From contig JANLOX010000374.1 of NCBI GenBank assembly GCA_031366795.1, forward strand, positions 1 through 56,053: DNA of 56,053 nucleotides, read 5' to 3'. This document shows positions 9,630-19,626 of the stretch, piece by piece. A model generated the notes under the pieces. That model worked only from the letters and a program-made list of their open reading frames with translations, was not told where the DNA came from and made no database searches. The first letter of the stretch is position 1. Each line of letters opens with the position of its first letter. Source of the stretch: Candidatus Eiseniibacteriota bacterium (lineage in GTDB: Bacteria; Eisenbacteria; RBG-16-71-46). A program made the translations under genes and the position numbers.

Positions 9630-11072
9630 GTGACGGAATCCCCATCGAAGAAGCAGTTCGTCGAGGACCTTACCGATCAGGGCGATGACTTCTCGCGCTG
9701 GTACAACGAAGTGGTCCGCAAGGCCCAGCTGGCGGATTACGCGCCGGTGCGCGGCTGCATGGTGATTCGTCCGTATGGTTTCGCGATGTGGGAGAACATG
9801 CAGCAACTGCTCGACCGCCGCATCAAGGCAACCGGGCACCAGAACGCCTACTTCCCGTTGCTGATTCCGGAGTCGCTGCTGCAGCTTGAGGCAGACCACG
9901 TTCAGGGATTCGCGCCGGAGTGTGCGTGGGTGACGCACGGCGGCCATGACGAGCTCGAGGAACGCCTTGCCATTCGGCCCACGAGCGAAGCGATCATCGG
10001 CAAGATGTACTCGCGCTGGATCGAGTCCTACCGCGATCTTCCGGTGTTGCTCAACCAGTGGTGCAACGTGATGCGCTGGGAAAAGGTGACCCGGTTGTTC
10101 CTGCGCACCACGGAGTTCCTGTGGCAGGAAGGGCACACTGCGCACGCCACGAAGGCGGAGGGCCTGGAAGAAGTGCTGAAGATGCTCGAGGTCTACCGTG
10201 AGTTCGTAGAGACCGAGCTGGCGATCCCGGTGTACGCCGGGCGCAAGAGCCTGGCGGAAAAGTTCGCGGGCGCCGAGATGACCTACTCGATCGAAGCATT
10301 GATGCGCGATGGCAAGGCGCTACAGGCCGGCACCTCACATGACTTGGGTCAACACTTCGCGAAGGTGTTCGACATCACTTACCAGGATGAAGCCGGCGTC
10401 CGCCAGCATGTGTGGCAGACGTCTTGGGGCGTATCGACGCGGCTGATGGGCGCCATCATCATGACGCACGGGGACGATCAGGGCCTGCGGCTGCCGCCGC
10501 GCATCGCGCCGATCCAGGCGGTGGTGGTGCCGATCTGGCGCAAGGAGGGCGAGCGCGAACTGGTGCTCGGGTTCCTCGACAAGGTGCGGGAGGCCGTGCC
10601 GGGCGTGCGTTTGCATGTGGACGATCGCGACCAGTACACCCCGGGCTGGAAGTACAACGAGTACGAAATGCGCGGCGTTCCGGTGCGGCTCGAGGTGGGG
10701 CCGCGCGACGTCGCGCAGTCGGCGGTGATGAGCGTGCGCCGCGACAACCGCGCGAAGGAGTCGATTCCGATCGCGGCGCTCGGCGCGCGATTGCCGGAGC
10801 TGCTCGACCTGGTGCAGCAAGGCCTGTTCGATGCGGCGAAGCAGTTTCGCGCGGACAGCACCGTGGTGGTCAGCACGATCGAGGAACTCGAGCAGCACTT
10901 CGCCACGAAGCGCGGCTTCGTCGGATTGCCGTGGGATGACGATGCGGCGCTCGAGGCCCAGATCAAGGAACGCACGGGCGCCACACTGCGTTGCGTGCCG
11001 CTCGACCAGAGTCCGTTCGCGGGGGTGGCGTCACAGGGCAAGCCGATCGCCTTGTTCGCCCGCTCGTACTGA
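9630..11072 (+). CDS. proS: Proline--tRNA ligase, archaeal/eukaryotic type (no INS editing domain)
   Basis: 480 aa. FSRWY, IRPTSE, RWE...FLRTTEFLWQEGHT, QAGTSHDLGQHF, SWGVSTR, GVPVRLEVGPRD, C-terminal FARSY. TAGGAG RBS. Confidence 0.97.
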   Translation: MTESPSKKQFVEDLTDQGDDFSRWYNEVVRKAQLADYAPVRGCMVIRPYGFAMWENMQQLLDRRIKATGHQNAYFPLLIPESLLQLEADHVQGFAPECAWVTHGGHDELEERLAIRPTSEAIIGKMYSRWIESYRDLPVLLNQWCNVMRWEKVTRLFLRTTEFLWQEGHTAHATKAEGLEEVLKMLEVYREFVETELAIPVYAGRKSLAEKFAGAEMTYSIEALMRDGKALQAGTSHDLGQHFAKVFDITYQDEAGVRQHVWQTSWGVSTRLMGAIIMTHGDDQGLRLPPRIAPIQAVVVPIWRKEGERELVLGFLDKVREAVPGVRLHVDDRDQYTPGWKYNEYEMRGVPVRLEVGPRDVAQSAVMSVRRDNRAKESIPIAALGARLPELLDLVQQGLFDAAKQFRADSTVVVSTIEELEQHFATKRGFVGLPWDDDAALEAQIKERTGATLRCVPLDQSPFAGVASQGKPIALFARSY

Positions 11073-11080
11073 CGCCGCGA

Positions 11081-12100
11081 TTGCCCGCGCCCAGCCGCAT
11101 CTTCGTCCGGCTGCCGAACTGGCTCGGCGACCTGCTGATGGCGCGGCCCATGCTGCATGCCCTGCGTGGCCGGCTGCCCGCGGCGCGCATGGTCGCGGTG
11201 GCACCGACGGCATTGCTCGAATTGTTGGCGGCCGATGGCGCGGTGGACGAATGGCTGGGTTGGGATCGTGCGCCGGAATCCCGGCGGCGCGTGGTGCGGG
11301 AGCTGCGGGCCTTCAAGCCCGAGCTGGCCTTGCTGCTGCCCCCGTCGTTCTCGAGCGCGTGGCTGGGCTGGCAGTCGCAGGCCCCGGTTCGTGTTGGCTA
11401 CGCGCACGAAGGGCGGAGCCCGTTGCTGAGCCGAGCGCTGCCGCGACGTGATCGCGGTGAACAGCATCTCGCCGACGAGTACGTCGCGCTGGCGCGCGAA
11501 GCCTGCGACGCGACGGACGTCATGAGTGGGTTAGCACCGCCGCTGCGCCTCGATGACGCGATACGCGCGGCCGGCCGGCGCGTCGCCGCGAACGCGCAAC
11601 TCGACCCGCAAGGCTTTGGCATACTCGCGCCGGGAGCGTCGTATGGTCCCGCCAAGCGCTGGCCGCCTGAGCGCTTCGTGGAGATCGGCCGGCGCATCGC
11701 CGCGATGGGCCTGCGCGTGGCGACCTGCGGCACGCGCGAGGAAGCGGCGATCTGTGAGGAGGTCGCCTGCGACATCGGCGAGGCGGCACTTTCGCTGGCG
11801 GGCAACACCACGCTGCCGGAACTGGCCGGGCTGTGCGCGGAGGCACGCCTCGCGGTGTGCAACGATTCCGGGCTCGCGCACTTGTGCGCTGCCCTCGGCG
11901 TGCGGACGGTCGCGGTGTTCGGCTCCACCAGCAGCGCCTGGACGGCGCCGCGCGGGAACGCGGTGCGCATCGTTCAGCGCGCGCCCGTGTGCTCGCCATG
12001 TTTCCGGCGTGAGTGCGCCATCGGCCTGCCGTGCCTTTTGGGAGTGGCCTCGTCCCGCGTGTGGGATGCCTGCGAAGACCTGCTCAGGGAGGCCACTTGA
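11081..12100 (+). CDS. waaF: ADP-heptose:LPS heptosyltransferase II (GT9); start codon uncertain
   Basis: Motifs VRLPNWLGD, APGASYGPAKRWP, LAGNTTL, NDSGLAHL, FGST, CSPCFRREC. Confidence 0.88.
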   Translation: MPAPSRIFVRLPNWLGDLLMARPMLHALRGRLPAARMVAVAPTALLELLAADGAVDEWLGWDRAPESRRRVVRELRAFKPELALLLPPSFSSAWLGWQSQAPVRVGYAHEGRSPLLSRALPRRDRGEQHLADEYVALAREACDATDVMSGLAPPLRLDDAIRAAGRRVAANAQLDPQGFGILAPGASYGPAKRWPPERFVEIGRRIAAMGLRVATCGTREEAAICEEVACDIGEAALSLAGNTTLPELAGLCAEARLAVCNDSGLAHLCAALGVRTVAVFGSTSSAWTAPRGNAVRIVQRAPVCSPCFRRECAIGLPCLLGVASSRVWDACEDLLREAT

Positions 12101-13167
12101 AACTGCTCGTTCATGCCGCGTCGCTCACCACCTCCCCGCGCATGCTCGCCGCCGCGTGGGGGCTGTCGCTGCGTGGCCACGACGTGCTGTGGCTGGGGGA
12201 TGCCATGCCGCCCGGCGCCGCGCGCGACACTCACGGGGCGCCACACTTCATTCCCCACGCACGCGATGCGTCGCGAGCGGATGCCCTGCTCGGCGGAGCG
12301 CAGGATGTCGTGCGTGTGGCGACAGCGGCCGGCCTGGCCTCGGCGCATGCGGTGATTCTCGATGCCCCGGCCGACAGCGTGGAGCGTTGGCGCTTCCTGG
12401 AACAGGCGGCATGGGGAACGCTGGTCGGGCTGGCGCTCGTTGAGGCGCCGAGTAAGGCGGAGGACGGTGCGACGCTGCCAGGATTCGAGCCTGAGTCCGT
12501 CCTCCATTGGAGCGGGCTGCCGCTGGAGGAATTGCCCGACGCGACGGCGGCCGACACGGAAATTCTCGAGCGCGGGTGCGAGCGGCTGGCGGCGGTACAG
12601 CGGGGCTTAGGGGCGCGGCCTGCGCTGTTCCTCGATCGTGACGGCACGCTGGTGGTCGAAGTGGGCTACCTGGCGAACCCCGACGACATCGAACTACTGA
12701 CCGGTGTCGCGGCCTCGCTGCGTACGCTGCGCGCCGCCGGCTACACGCTGGTCGTCGTGTCCAACCAATCAGGTGTGGGCCGCGGGTTGTTCCCGCTGTC
12801 GCGCGTGTATGAGGCGATGGCCGAGTTGCGCCGCAAGCTGCGGGCGCAGGGTGTCGAACTCGACGCCATCTATTTCTGCCCGCACCGCCCGGATGCCGGT
12901 TGTGCCTGCCGCAAGCCGGGGACGATGCTGCTGGAACAGGCGGCGCGCAACCTGCGCGTGTCGCTGCGCGAGTCGATCATGGTGGGGGACAAACGGCTCG
13001 ACGCGGAAACAGGGCGCCGCGCGGGCGCGCAAGGCGTACTGGTGCGCACGGGCTATGGGCGCGACGAGGAGCAACGCGACGCGGATGACTCCGGCTGGCC
13101 CACACCTGCGCACATCGCGAACGACCTCGCTGCGGCGGTGCCGTGGTTGGTCGATGCTCTAGGCTAA
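12097..13167 (+). CDS. gmhB: D,D-heptose 1,7-bisphosphate phosphatase (HAD-IIIA) with about 170-aa N-terminal extension
   Basis: FLDRDGTL, VSNQSGVGRG, CPH...CACRKP, VGDKRLD, VRTGYG. TTG start after GGAGG overlaps the waaF stop. Confidence 0.88.
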   Translation: MKLLVHAASLTTSPRMLAAAWGLSLRGHDVLWLGDAMPPGAARDTHGAPHFIPHARDASRADALLGGAQDVVRVATAAGLASAHAVILDAPADSVERWRFLEQAAWGTLVGLALVEAPSKAEDGATLPGFEPESVLHWSGLPLEELPDATAADTEILERGCERLAAVQRGLGARPALFLDRDGTLVVEVGYLANPDDIELLTGVAASLRTLRAAGYTLVVVSNQSGVGRGLFPLSRVYEAMAELRRKLRAQGVELDAIYFCPHRPDAGCACRKPGTMLLEQAARNLRVSLRESIMVGDKRLDAETGRRAGAQGVLVRTGYGRDEEQRDADDSGWPTPAHIANDLAAAVPWLVDALG

Positions 13168-13174
13168 GCGCGTT

Positions 13175-14290
13175 TCAGCGGCCTGCGTCCGGCAGGTCGA
13201 GCGTGAACTGGTCGCGCGCCAGCTCAGGGCAGTAGTGCACGTTGTGCCCGTTGACCGTCATCTGCGAGTGTTCGAGCCAGCGGTCCTCGACGAGATCCTC
13301 GAGCCGTGTGGGGTAGGCGCCATGCTCGCGGCGGTACAACTGGAGCGCCATGCGAACGTCGCGAAGTTGCGCCGCGGCGAACACGGTCGTGGGTTCGCGA
13401 TCCAGCACGGGGCCGCGCAACACTTGGCCTGAGATCCACATCACCACGAGCGCGCCTACGCAGCAGGCCGCTACCGCGCCTTCGCGGGCCCAGGTCAGTG
13501 CTGTCGGCAGCGGCTTGGCGAGGATCGCCGGCTGCGTCGAAGGGGTGTTGGGGAGCGGTGCGGGTTGCTCGGTCGCCTCAGCTTCGCGACGCCCGATGAA
13601 TTCGATCCAGCCCGCCTCAATCATGCGCTGCAAGGCTTCGTTGGCTTCGTAGTCGCTGAGCGGGGCGACGGCGATGATCTCGGACACGGTGTGCTGGCCG
13701 TCGATGATGCCGAACAGTTCAGACTCCTCGTCGGCGATCTCTTCGTCGGGGTCCGGCAAGTCGCGGACGCTGACGATCTGGCGGCCATCCTGGAACAGCT
13801 CGGTGAAGCGGCTGCGCTCATCGGCGCGGCGCGCGGCTTCGATCAGCGAAGCCTCGATGCTGAGCCGAACGATGACCGGGTAGGGCCAGCGGCGGCCCGG
13901 TTCGAAATGGTATTGCCCTTCGGTCCATTCGATCATCGCCGTGAGGTCGTCGAGGATCTGGCGTTCGATCAGGGCGCCGAGCTCCTCGGACTCGAGGTAG
14001 CGGCCCTGCACGATCAGGTCTTCGATGTCGCGGTCGGACTCCGCGTTCAGCGCGACGATGCCGCGCAGTTGGTCCTCGGACAGCCGGCGGACGCGGCGCA
14101 GGAAGCGGTACAACGGGTCCTGGTCGAGCGGGACGTCACCGCGTGTGGAAACGATGCGGCCATCCAGCACGAACACGCAGGCGCGCTGGCGTTCGTTTTC
14201 GACCACCAGGCAGCCGGTCTTGCGCTGGGTGGCGAGCATTTGCAAGATCTCGGTCGCTGAGAATTCGCGAAGTTTGCCTTCGAGCGCCAT
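13175..14290 (-). CDS. DUF4388 (PatA_N-like) domain protein with C-terminal TM and pseudopilin-like segment
   Basis: N-terminal MALEGKLREFSATEILQML..QRKTGCL, WTEGQYHF, IEAARRADE; one TM; then ALQLYRREHGAYPTRLEDLV. GGGAGG RBS. Confidence 0.8.
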   Translation of the reverse strand: MALEGKLREFSATEILQMLATQRKTGCLVVENERQRACVFVLDGRIVSTRGDVPLDQDPLYRFLRRVRRLSEDQLRGIVALNAESDRDIEDLIVQGRYLESEELGALIERQILDDLTAMIEWTEGQYHFEPGRRWPYPVIVRLSIEASLIEAARRADERSRFTELFQDGRQIVSVRDLPDPDEEIADEESELFGIIDGQHTVSEIIAVAPLSDYEANEALQRMIEAGWIEFIGRREAEATEQPAPLPNTPSTQPAILAKPLPTALTWAREGAVAACCVGALVVMWISGQVLRGPVLDREPTTVFAAAQLRDVRMALQLYRREHGAYPTRLEDLVEDRWLEHSQMTVNGHNVHYCPELARDQFTLDLPDAGR

Positions 14291-14293
14291 GGG

Positions 14294-16294
14294 CTAGGCG
14301 ACCTCCCGTTGCGACCCCTCGTCGCGCACCTGCGTCGAAGCACGCGGCTTCGAACGCATCGGCTTCATCAGTTCCGCTTCCCGCCGGGCGATGCGCGCCT
14401 GCTCGCCGAAGTACCCCCACACCGACAGCCCGTAGATCAGCGCCAGCGGCACCAGCGCGCCGAGGCACCACGGGTCGTCTTCCATCCCGATGCGCGCGCG
14501 CCCAGCGTAAGGCCAGAAGCTTCCGGGCAGCACCGTGAACACCGTGGCGGTCATGAGCAGGAGCCCGAGCGCACGCCAGGTCCGGCGGAACAACACCAGC
14601 CCCGCCCCAGGCATGGCCAGCGCCAAGGACAACTTCAGGCCACGCAGCACGCGCGTGCTGCGCTCGCGTTCGCGGGCGAGTAGGATGCGCGAGAAGTCGT
14701 TGGACGCGGCACCCCGGGCGACGCGAGCGCAATTCGCGCACATGGCCTGCGCGCGGCGCCGCTCGGCGCAACGGCGGCAGACGACCCGATCGCAATTGAC
14801 ACAATGGTAGAGCGGCAGTCCCTTGTTGAGCAGCCCACTCAACAGCAGGCTGAGGAATCCCACAATCAGTACAATCCACCCGAACCGCGGCGTCGCGGTC
14901 TCGGAGTGGCCCTGCCACGATGGGGGAAGTGCCACCATGGCGTGCCCCTGTTCGCGCGCCACGGCCTGCCATTGCCGCGCCGGCGAGATCCAGTCGGGAA
15001 CGGGGTTCAGGGCGCCATTGCTGGCGGGCCGGTCGCGGTACTCGCGCACGCGGTCAAAATCAAGTGACGAGGCATGAGCCAACGCCTTGTTCGCGGCGGC
15101 GAATTCGAATCCCGCGAGATAAGCCTGCGACAGGTTGAAGAATGCCGTGGCGTTCGTGGGGTTCGCGTTGACGGCCTTCTCGTAGGACTGGATCGCTTCG
15201 GGGCGGCGGCCCTGCAGCACGAGTGCGGTACCGAGGTTGTCGAGGGCGCGATCATCGTCGGGCCAGGCCTTGAGCACGTCGCGGTACGAGGCTTCCGCCG
15301 CCGCGCCGTCCGCCTGCCACAGGTCCATCCAACCTTCGCCGAAGCGCGCGAAGGGATCGTGCGGATGGGCGGCGGCCAAGCGGCTGATGTCAGCGGCGCG
15401 CTCGGGAGTGAAAGGCTCATTGCCCAGTGGAAGCACGGCGCTGAGCGTCGATTCCTCGCGCATCGGCAGGGTCAGGGTGTCGAGCGTGCGCGCGGCATAG
15501 GGAAAGCCCACCACGTTCAGGACGAGGAGGACCCATAACGTGCGTTCGCGCGGCTTGAGCAGCGGCCACAAGAGTCCGAGACTGACGACGACCGGCAGGG
15601 TTAGCCCAAGCCCCACGACGAACGGGGCAGCCAAGAGGATCCACGCCCATGTGTGGCTCGAGGCGGGAGTGGACCAGCGGCCGAGCCGTTCCTGGATGGC
15701 GTGCAGCAACTCGGCGCTGCGCGACACGAGAATCAGCCCGGCCAGCAGCAGGATAGCCAGCATCCAGGCGTTGATCGCAAGGAAGCAGGCATTGACCGCG
15801 AGACTCCATTGCGTGGCGAAGTCCCGGCGCACCAGATCGATGATGCCGGCGGCCTGCGCGAGCGCCTGCGAGGGGTCGGCGAACATCTGCCAACGCAAGA
15901 GCGTGACGCGTGACGCAAGGAAAGTGGGGTCGAGCTCGACGGCGCCACGCACGAGCCTGAGCGCTTCGCCCTGTTGCTTGGACTGGGAGGCGAGCAGGCC
16001 ACGGCGATAGAAAATCCTCGCTTCCGCAGGAAGCCCAGGGAAGCGTGCCTGGCGTTTGTAGTCGAGCCAGGGATCGAGCAACCGGAAGTTGTCGGGGGCG
16101 CCCTGCGTGACCAACGGACGGGGACCTGCTTCCGCCGGTTGGGCAGCAAGTGCCGGGCGGGCGGTCAGCTCGAGCACGAGGACGAGGCATGCCGTGGCGG
16201 CGGAGACCAGAAGCCTCGCGCAAAGGTGCCGCGCAGGGAAGGCGACGGGCCAGTCTGCCGAAGTCGAACTGTGTGCTTTCAGGGGAGTAGACAT
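14294..16294 (-). CDS. Multi-pass membrane protein with TPR repeats and Cys-rich motif; start uncertain
   Basis: Signal-like N-terminus, TPR motifs ([18 protein letters not shown]), several TM helices, CVNC..CRRC..CANC. Confidence 0.75.
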   Translation of the reverse strand: MSTPLKAHSSTSADWPVAFPARHLCARLLVSAATACLVLVLELTARPALAAQPAEAGPRPLVTQGAPDNFRLLDPWLDYKRQARFPGLPAEARIFYRRGLLASQSKQQGEALRLVRGAVELDPTFLASRVTLLRWQMFADPSQALAQAAGIIDLVRRDFATQWSLAVNACFLAINAWMLAILLLAGLILVSRSAELLHAIQERLGRWSTPASSHTWAWILLAAPFVVGLGLTLPVVVSLGLLWPLLKPRERTLWVLLVLNVVGFPYAARTLDTLTLPMREESTLSAVLPLGNEPFTPERAADISRLAAAHPHDPFARFGEGWMDLWQADGAAAEASYRDVLKAWPDDDRALDNLGTALVLQGRRPEAIQSYEKAVNANPTNATAFFNLSQAYLAGFEFAAANKALAHASSLDFDRVREYRDRPASNGALNPVPDWISPARQWQAVAREQGHAMVALPPSWQGHSETATPRFGWIVLIVGFLSLLLSGLLNKGLPLYHCVNCDRVVCRRCAERRRAQAMCANCARVARGAASNDFSRILLARERERSTRVLRGLKLSLALAMPGAGLVLFRRTWRALGLLLMTATVFTVLPGSFWPYAGRARIGMEDDPWCLGALVPLALIYGLSVWGYFGEQARIARREAELMKPMRSKPRASTQVRDEGSQREVA

Positions 16295-16305
16295 CCGTGC
16301 GTGGC

Positions 16306-16335
16306 TTGACAGCCCCTTTGGTGCGAACCTAGTTT
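16306..16335 (+). promoter_or_regulatory. Putative sigma70-type promoter for asnS
   Basis: TTGACA-N18-TAGTTT. Confidence 0.55.
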
Positions 16336-16484
16336 CCGGTGCGTCTGGTCACGTTGGGTTATCGGCGCTGCCCTGGCTCTCCATGACTCATTTTGGCAGG
16401 TGGTTCCGCTGCGCCTCGAGACCCACCACAGCCTGTCCAGGGTGCGGCCCTGACGGCCTCAAACCCCACCCAGGAGCTTTTGCC

Positions 16485-17804
16485 ATGACGACTCCCATCG
16501 CAGCACCGGCACTCCCGTGGGTGCGCATCGCGGATGCGCTGGCCCACGTCGGCAGCCGTGTCGAGGTTCGCGGCTGGGTCACGCACCGCCGCTCCAGCGG
16601 CAAGGTGCAGTTCCTCGTGATGCGCGACGGCTCGGGCGTCATGCAGTGCGTGGCCGGGGTCAAGGATGTCAGCCCCGAGGATTGGGAACGGCTGGCCACT
16701 CTGGCGCAGGAGTCTTCGGTGATCGTGCGCGGCGAACTGCGCGCCGACCCGCGCGCGCCCGGTACCGTAGAGATGGGCATTCAGTCGCTTACGGTGGTGT
16801 CCGCTGCGGACGGCTACCCGATCACCCCGAAGGAACATGGCACCGACTTTCTGATGGACCACCGGCACCTGTGGCTGCGCTCGCCGCGCCAGCAGGCGAT
16901 CCTGCGCATCCGCGCAGAAGTGATCTCGGCATTCCGTGACTTCATGGCGTCAGAATCCTTCATGCTCGTCGATGCGCCGGTATTCACGCCCTCGGCGTGC
17001 GAGGGCACGACAACGCTGTTCGAGACGCAGTACTTCGACGACAAAGCCTACTTGACGCAGAGCGGCCAGCTCTACATGGAAGCCGCGGCGATGGCGTTCG
17101 GCCGTGTCTACTGCCTGGGACCCGCGTTCCGCGCTGAGAAGAGCAAGACGCGCCGCCACCTGATCGAATTCTGGATGATGGAGCCGGAATGGGCGTTCGC
17201 AACACTTGAGGACGTGATCGCGCTCGAGGAGCGCTTGCTGCTGTACACGATTGGCCGCGTGCTGGAGCACCGCCGCGCGGATCTCGCCATCGTCGAGCGC
17301 GACGTCACGAAGCTCGAGCGCATCAGCGGCCCGTTCCCGCGAATTCACTACAACGACGCGGTGGCGCGTTTGCATGCGGGGGGGCAAGAGTTCGAGTGGG
17401 GCGGGGACTTTGGTGCGCCGGACGAGACGCTGCTGGCGAACCAGTTTGAGACGCCGGTGTTCGTCACGAACTACCCGGCGGCCGTCAAGGCGTTCTACAT
17501 GGAACCCGACCCTGCTGATCCGCGACTCAGCCTGTCGTGCGACTGCCTCGCTCCCGAAGGCTACGGCGAGATCATCGGCGGCGGCCAGCGCATGTCATCA
17601 CTCGAGCTGCTGACCGCGCGCATCGATGAACACGGGCTGCCGCAGGCGGCGTTCGAATGGTACAAGGACCTGCGCCGCTACGGTTCGGTGCCGCACGCCG
17701 GATTCGGCATCGGGGTCGAACGCACGCTAGCGTGGTTGGCGGGGCTGGATCACGTGCGCGAGACGATCCCCTTCCCGCGCATGCTCAACCGCCTGAGTCC
17801 CTGA
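16485..17804 (+). CDS. asnS: Asparagine--tRNA ligase
   Basis: OB-fold (VRGWV..RSSGK..FL..RDG), [74 protein letters not shown]. Confidence 0.95.
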   Translation: MTTPIAAPALPWVRIADALAHVGSRVEVRGWVTHRRSSGKVQFLVMRDGSGVMQCVAGVKDVSPEDWERLATLAQESSVIVRGELRADPRAPGTVEMGIQSLTVVSAADGYPITPKEHGTDFLMDHRHLWLRSPRQQAILRIRAEVISAFRDFMASESFMLVDAPVFTPSACEGTTTLFETQYFDDKAYLTQSGQLYMEAAAMAFGRVYCLGPAFRAEKSKTRRHLIEFWMMEPEWAFATLEDVIALEERLLLYTIGRVLEHRRADLAIVERDVTKLERISGPFPRIHYNDAVARLHAGGQEFEWGGDFGAPDETLLANQFETPVFVTNYPAAVKAFYMEPDPADPRLSLSCDCLAPEGYGEIIGGGQRMSSLELLTARIDEHGLPQAAFEWYKDLRRYGSVPHAGFGIGVERTLAWLAGLDHVRETIPFPRMLNRLSP

Positions 17805-17809
17805 CCGGT

Positions 17810-19357
17810 CTACGGTTGCCGCTGCAGCAGCAGCAGCGCGTTCTCGCTCGCCGGATCTCCCGTCGTCGTCACCGTGTGGTAGCGCGCCAACAACGCGTCG
17901 CGCTCGCCCTGGTTGCGGAAGGGCCGTCCCACGCCGGCGAACGCGTTCTGGCTCTCGATGACGCCACGACGCACGACGAGCCACTGCGGTTGGCGGGAAG
18001 CGACGATGTCGGTGTACCAACCCGGTCCCTCGAGGCGCCGCTTCGCGACTTCGGGACTGACGAGTCCCGTTTCATCGATCACCACCACGGGGCAGGTGAA
18101 ACCGATCATGCCGATCGGTTCGAGCATGACGCGATCGCCGGGCTTGCACCGGCTTCGCAACGCTTCGGCCATGTTACCGAACGCGGTAGCCTCGTTGTAG
18201 GAGCGGCCGCGGTAGAGTTCCGTCGCGATGGTCCACGAACTGGCGACGAACAACACCAGCGCCACGGGAATGCCGATGCCCCGCGTCACGCGCGGCAGGC
18301 CGACGGCGGTGAGCAGTGCTGCCGCGGTGAGCGGGAAGGCGAAGTACCACCAGAAGTACGCAGCACCCACCACGATGTAGCCGAGCCAGATGACGGTGAG
18401 CGCTAACGCCAGTCGCGCCAGTGCAGAGTCGCGTTGACGCCAGAGTTCACGTCCGCCCGCGATCGTCGCGGGGGCGAGCACGACCGCGAGGAACGCCAGC
18501 ATGACCGGATCGCCGTTGCCTGGCCAGCGGCCCATGATGATGGGCGAGATCCAGTCCCACCAGTGGCGCCCGCTCCACGGCCCAGGTGTTCCGTACACGT
18601 TCGCCTTCACGAGCATGCTGTTCGGGATGGGGCTGCCATAGGTCAGCGTCAACGCCACCACGCCGGCCGCGGTAATCGCCAGAGCGACGAGCCTGTCACG
18701 CCAGGACGCCGCGAGCGATAGCAGCGCGGCCGCGACGAAGGTTTCCGGGCGGGCGAGCGCGAGCGCCGCGAGCACCAGTCCGCTGGCGCGGCTGCGGCGC
18801 TGGGTGAGCGCGGCGCCCAGCACCAGCAGCCCAAGGCACACGCTCATCTCCATGCCGGAGATCGACAGCGCTGAGAAGTAGGGCCAGAGGGCGAAGAAGA
18901 AAGTGAAGGCCCAGGCCGAAGCGATGCCCGCGGTCGTTATCATCAGCATTCCGCCAGCGAGCAGCGTGACGAGATCGGCGAGGAAGCTCCATGCGAGGGC
19001 CCATGGCACCGGGTTGCCGGTGAGCTTGATGCCGAGCGCGCTCCACACCGTCCACAGCGGTGAGGTAAAGCCCATCACGTATTCGCCGGGGTTGTAGACA
19101 AGGCCCTGGCCTGCGGCGAGGTTTCGCGCGTAGCGGAAGGTGATAAAGGCGTCCTCCGCGGACGTCGGCGTGTTCAGCATCAGCAGGATGCGCGCGGTCA
19201 GCAACAGCAGCAGGGGGACGAGGAACGGTCCGCGCGGGTTCGTCCACTCCAGCACAGTCGGAAACACCCGGGCGAGCGAGGGGCGAGGTTCGGCAGGACG
19301 GCTGGGCGTTGCGGTGGACTTTCGTGGGGCCGTCCGGTCGTGTGCCTGCCTCGTCAC
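17810..19357 (-). CDS. Polytopic membrane glycosyltransferase-like protein (GT-C fold, AftB/ArnT-like)
   Basis: EDAFITFRYARNLAAGQGLVYNPGE..GFTSPLW, SGME, LARPE, many TM helices. GTG start after GGAGG. Confidence 0.72.
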   Translation of the reverse strand: MTRQAHDRTAPRKSTATPSRPAEPRPSLARVFPTVLEWTNPRGPFLVPLLLLLTARILLMLNTPTSAEDAFITFRYARNLAAGQGLVYNPGEYVMGFTSPLWTVWSALGIKLTGNPVPWALAWSFLADLVTLLAGGMLMITTAGIASAWAFTFFFALWPYFSALSISGMEMSVCLGLLVLGAALTQRRSRASGLVLAALALARPETFVAAALLSLAASWRDRLVALAITAAGVVALTLTYGSPIPNSMLVKANVYGTPGPWSGRHWWDWISPIIMGRWPGNGDPVMLAFLAVVLAPATIAGGRELWRQRDSALARLALALTVIWLGYIVVGAAYFWWYFAFPLTAAALLTAVGLPRVTRGIGIPVALVLFVASSWTIATELYRGRSYNEATAFGNMAEALRSRCKPGDRVMLEPIGMIGFTCPVVVIDETGLVSPEVAKRRLEGPGWYTDIVASRQPQWLVVRRGVIESQNAFAGVGRPFRNQGERDALLARYHTVTTTGDPASENALLLLQRQP

Positions 19358-19460
19358 GGGACATCCTCCATAGTCTTGCTTTCGTTGCCGGTCCATGCGC
19401 CGGCCGTTGATGCGCGGGCGCCGCAGTCGTTGCGACGCCGCACGGGAAGCGGCCGAAGTC

Positions 19461-19490
19461 TTGACAGTCGCCAATCAGTATACCTACTGT
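19461..19490 (+). promoter_or_regulatory. Putative sigma70-type promoter P1 of the PstS-like/Ton operon
   Basis: TTGACA-N18-TACTGT. Confidence 0.5.
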
Positions 19491-19558
19491 GCCGCGCCCT
19501 GTTCCCGTCGGCTGCGCACGGGAAGGCCCGGCCGCCTGGAAGGAGGAAGCGCAATTGG

Positions 19559-19588
19559 TTGACAAGCCGCTTTCGGGGTCCCTAAACT
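19559..19588 (+). promoter_or_regulatory. Putative sigma70-type promoter P2 of the PstS-like/Ton operon
   Basis: TTGACA-N18-TAAACT. Confidence 0.55.
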
Positions 19589-19626
19589 CTTTGCACTTCT
19601 CCGGCCGGGCGCCGAGGATCGTGCGC

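Noticed and set aside
16396..16412. T-box-like GCAGGTGGTTCCGC in the asnS leader
   Set aside because: It deviates from UGGNACC at a conserved A, and no Stem I, specifier loop or terminator is recognisable in the short leader.
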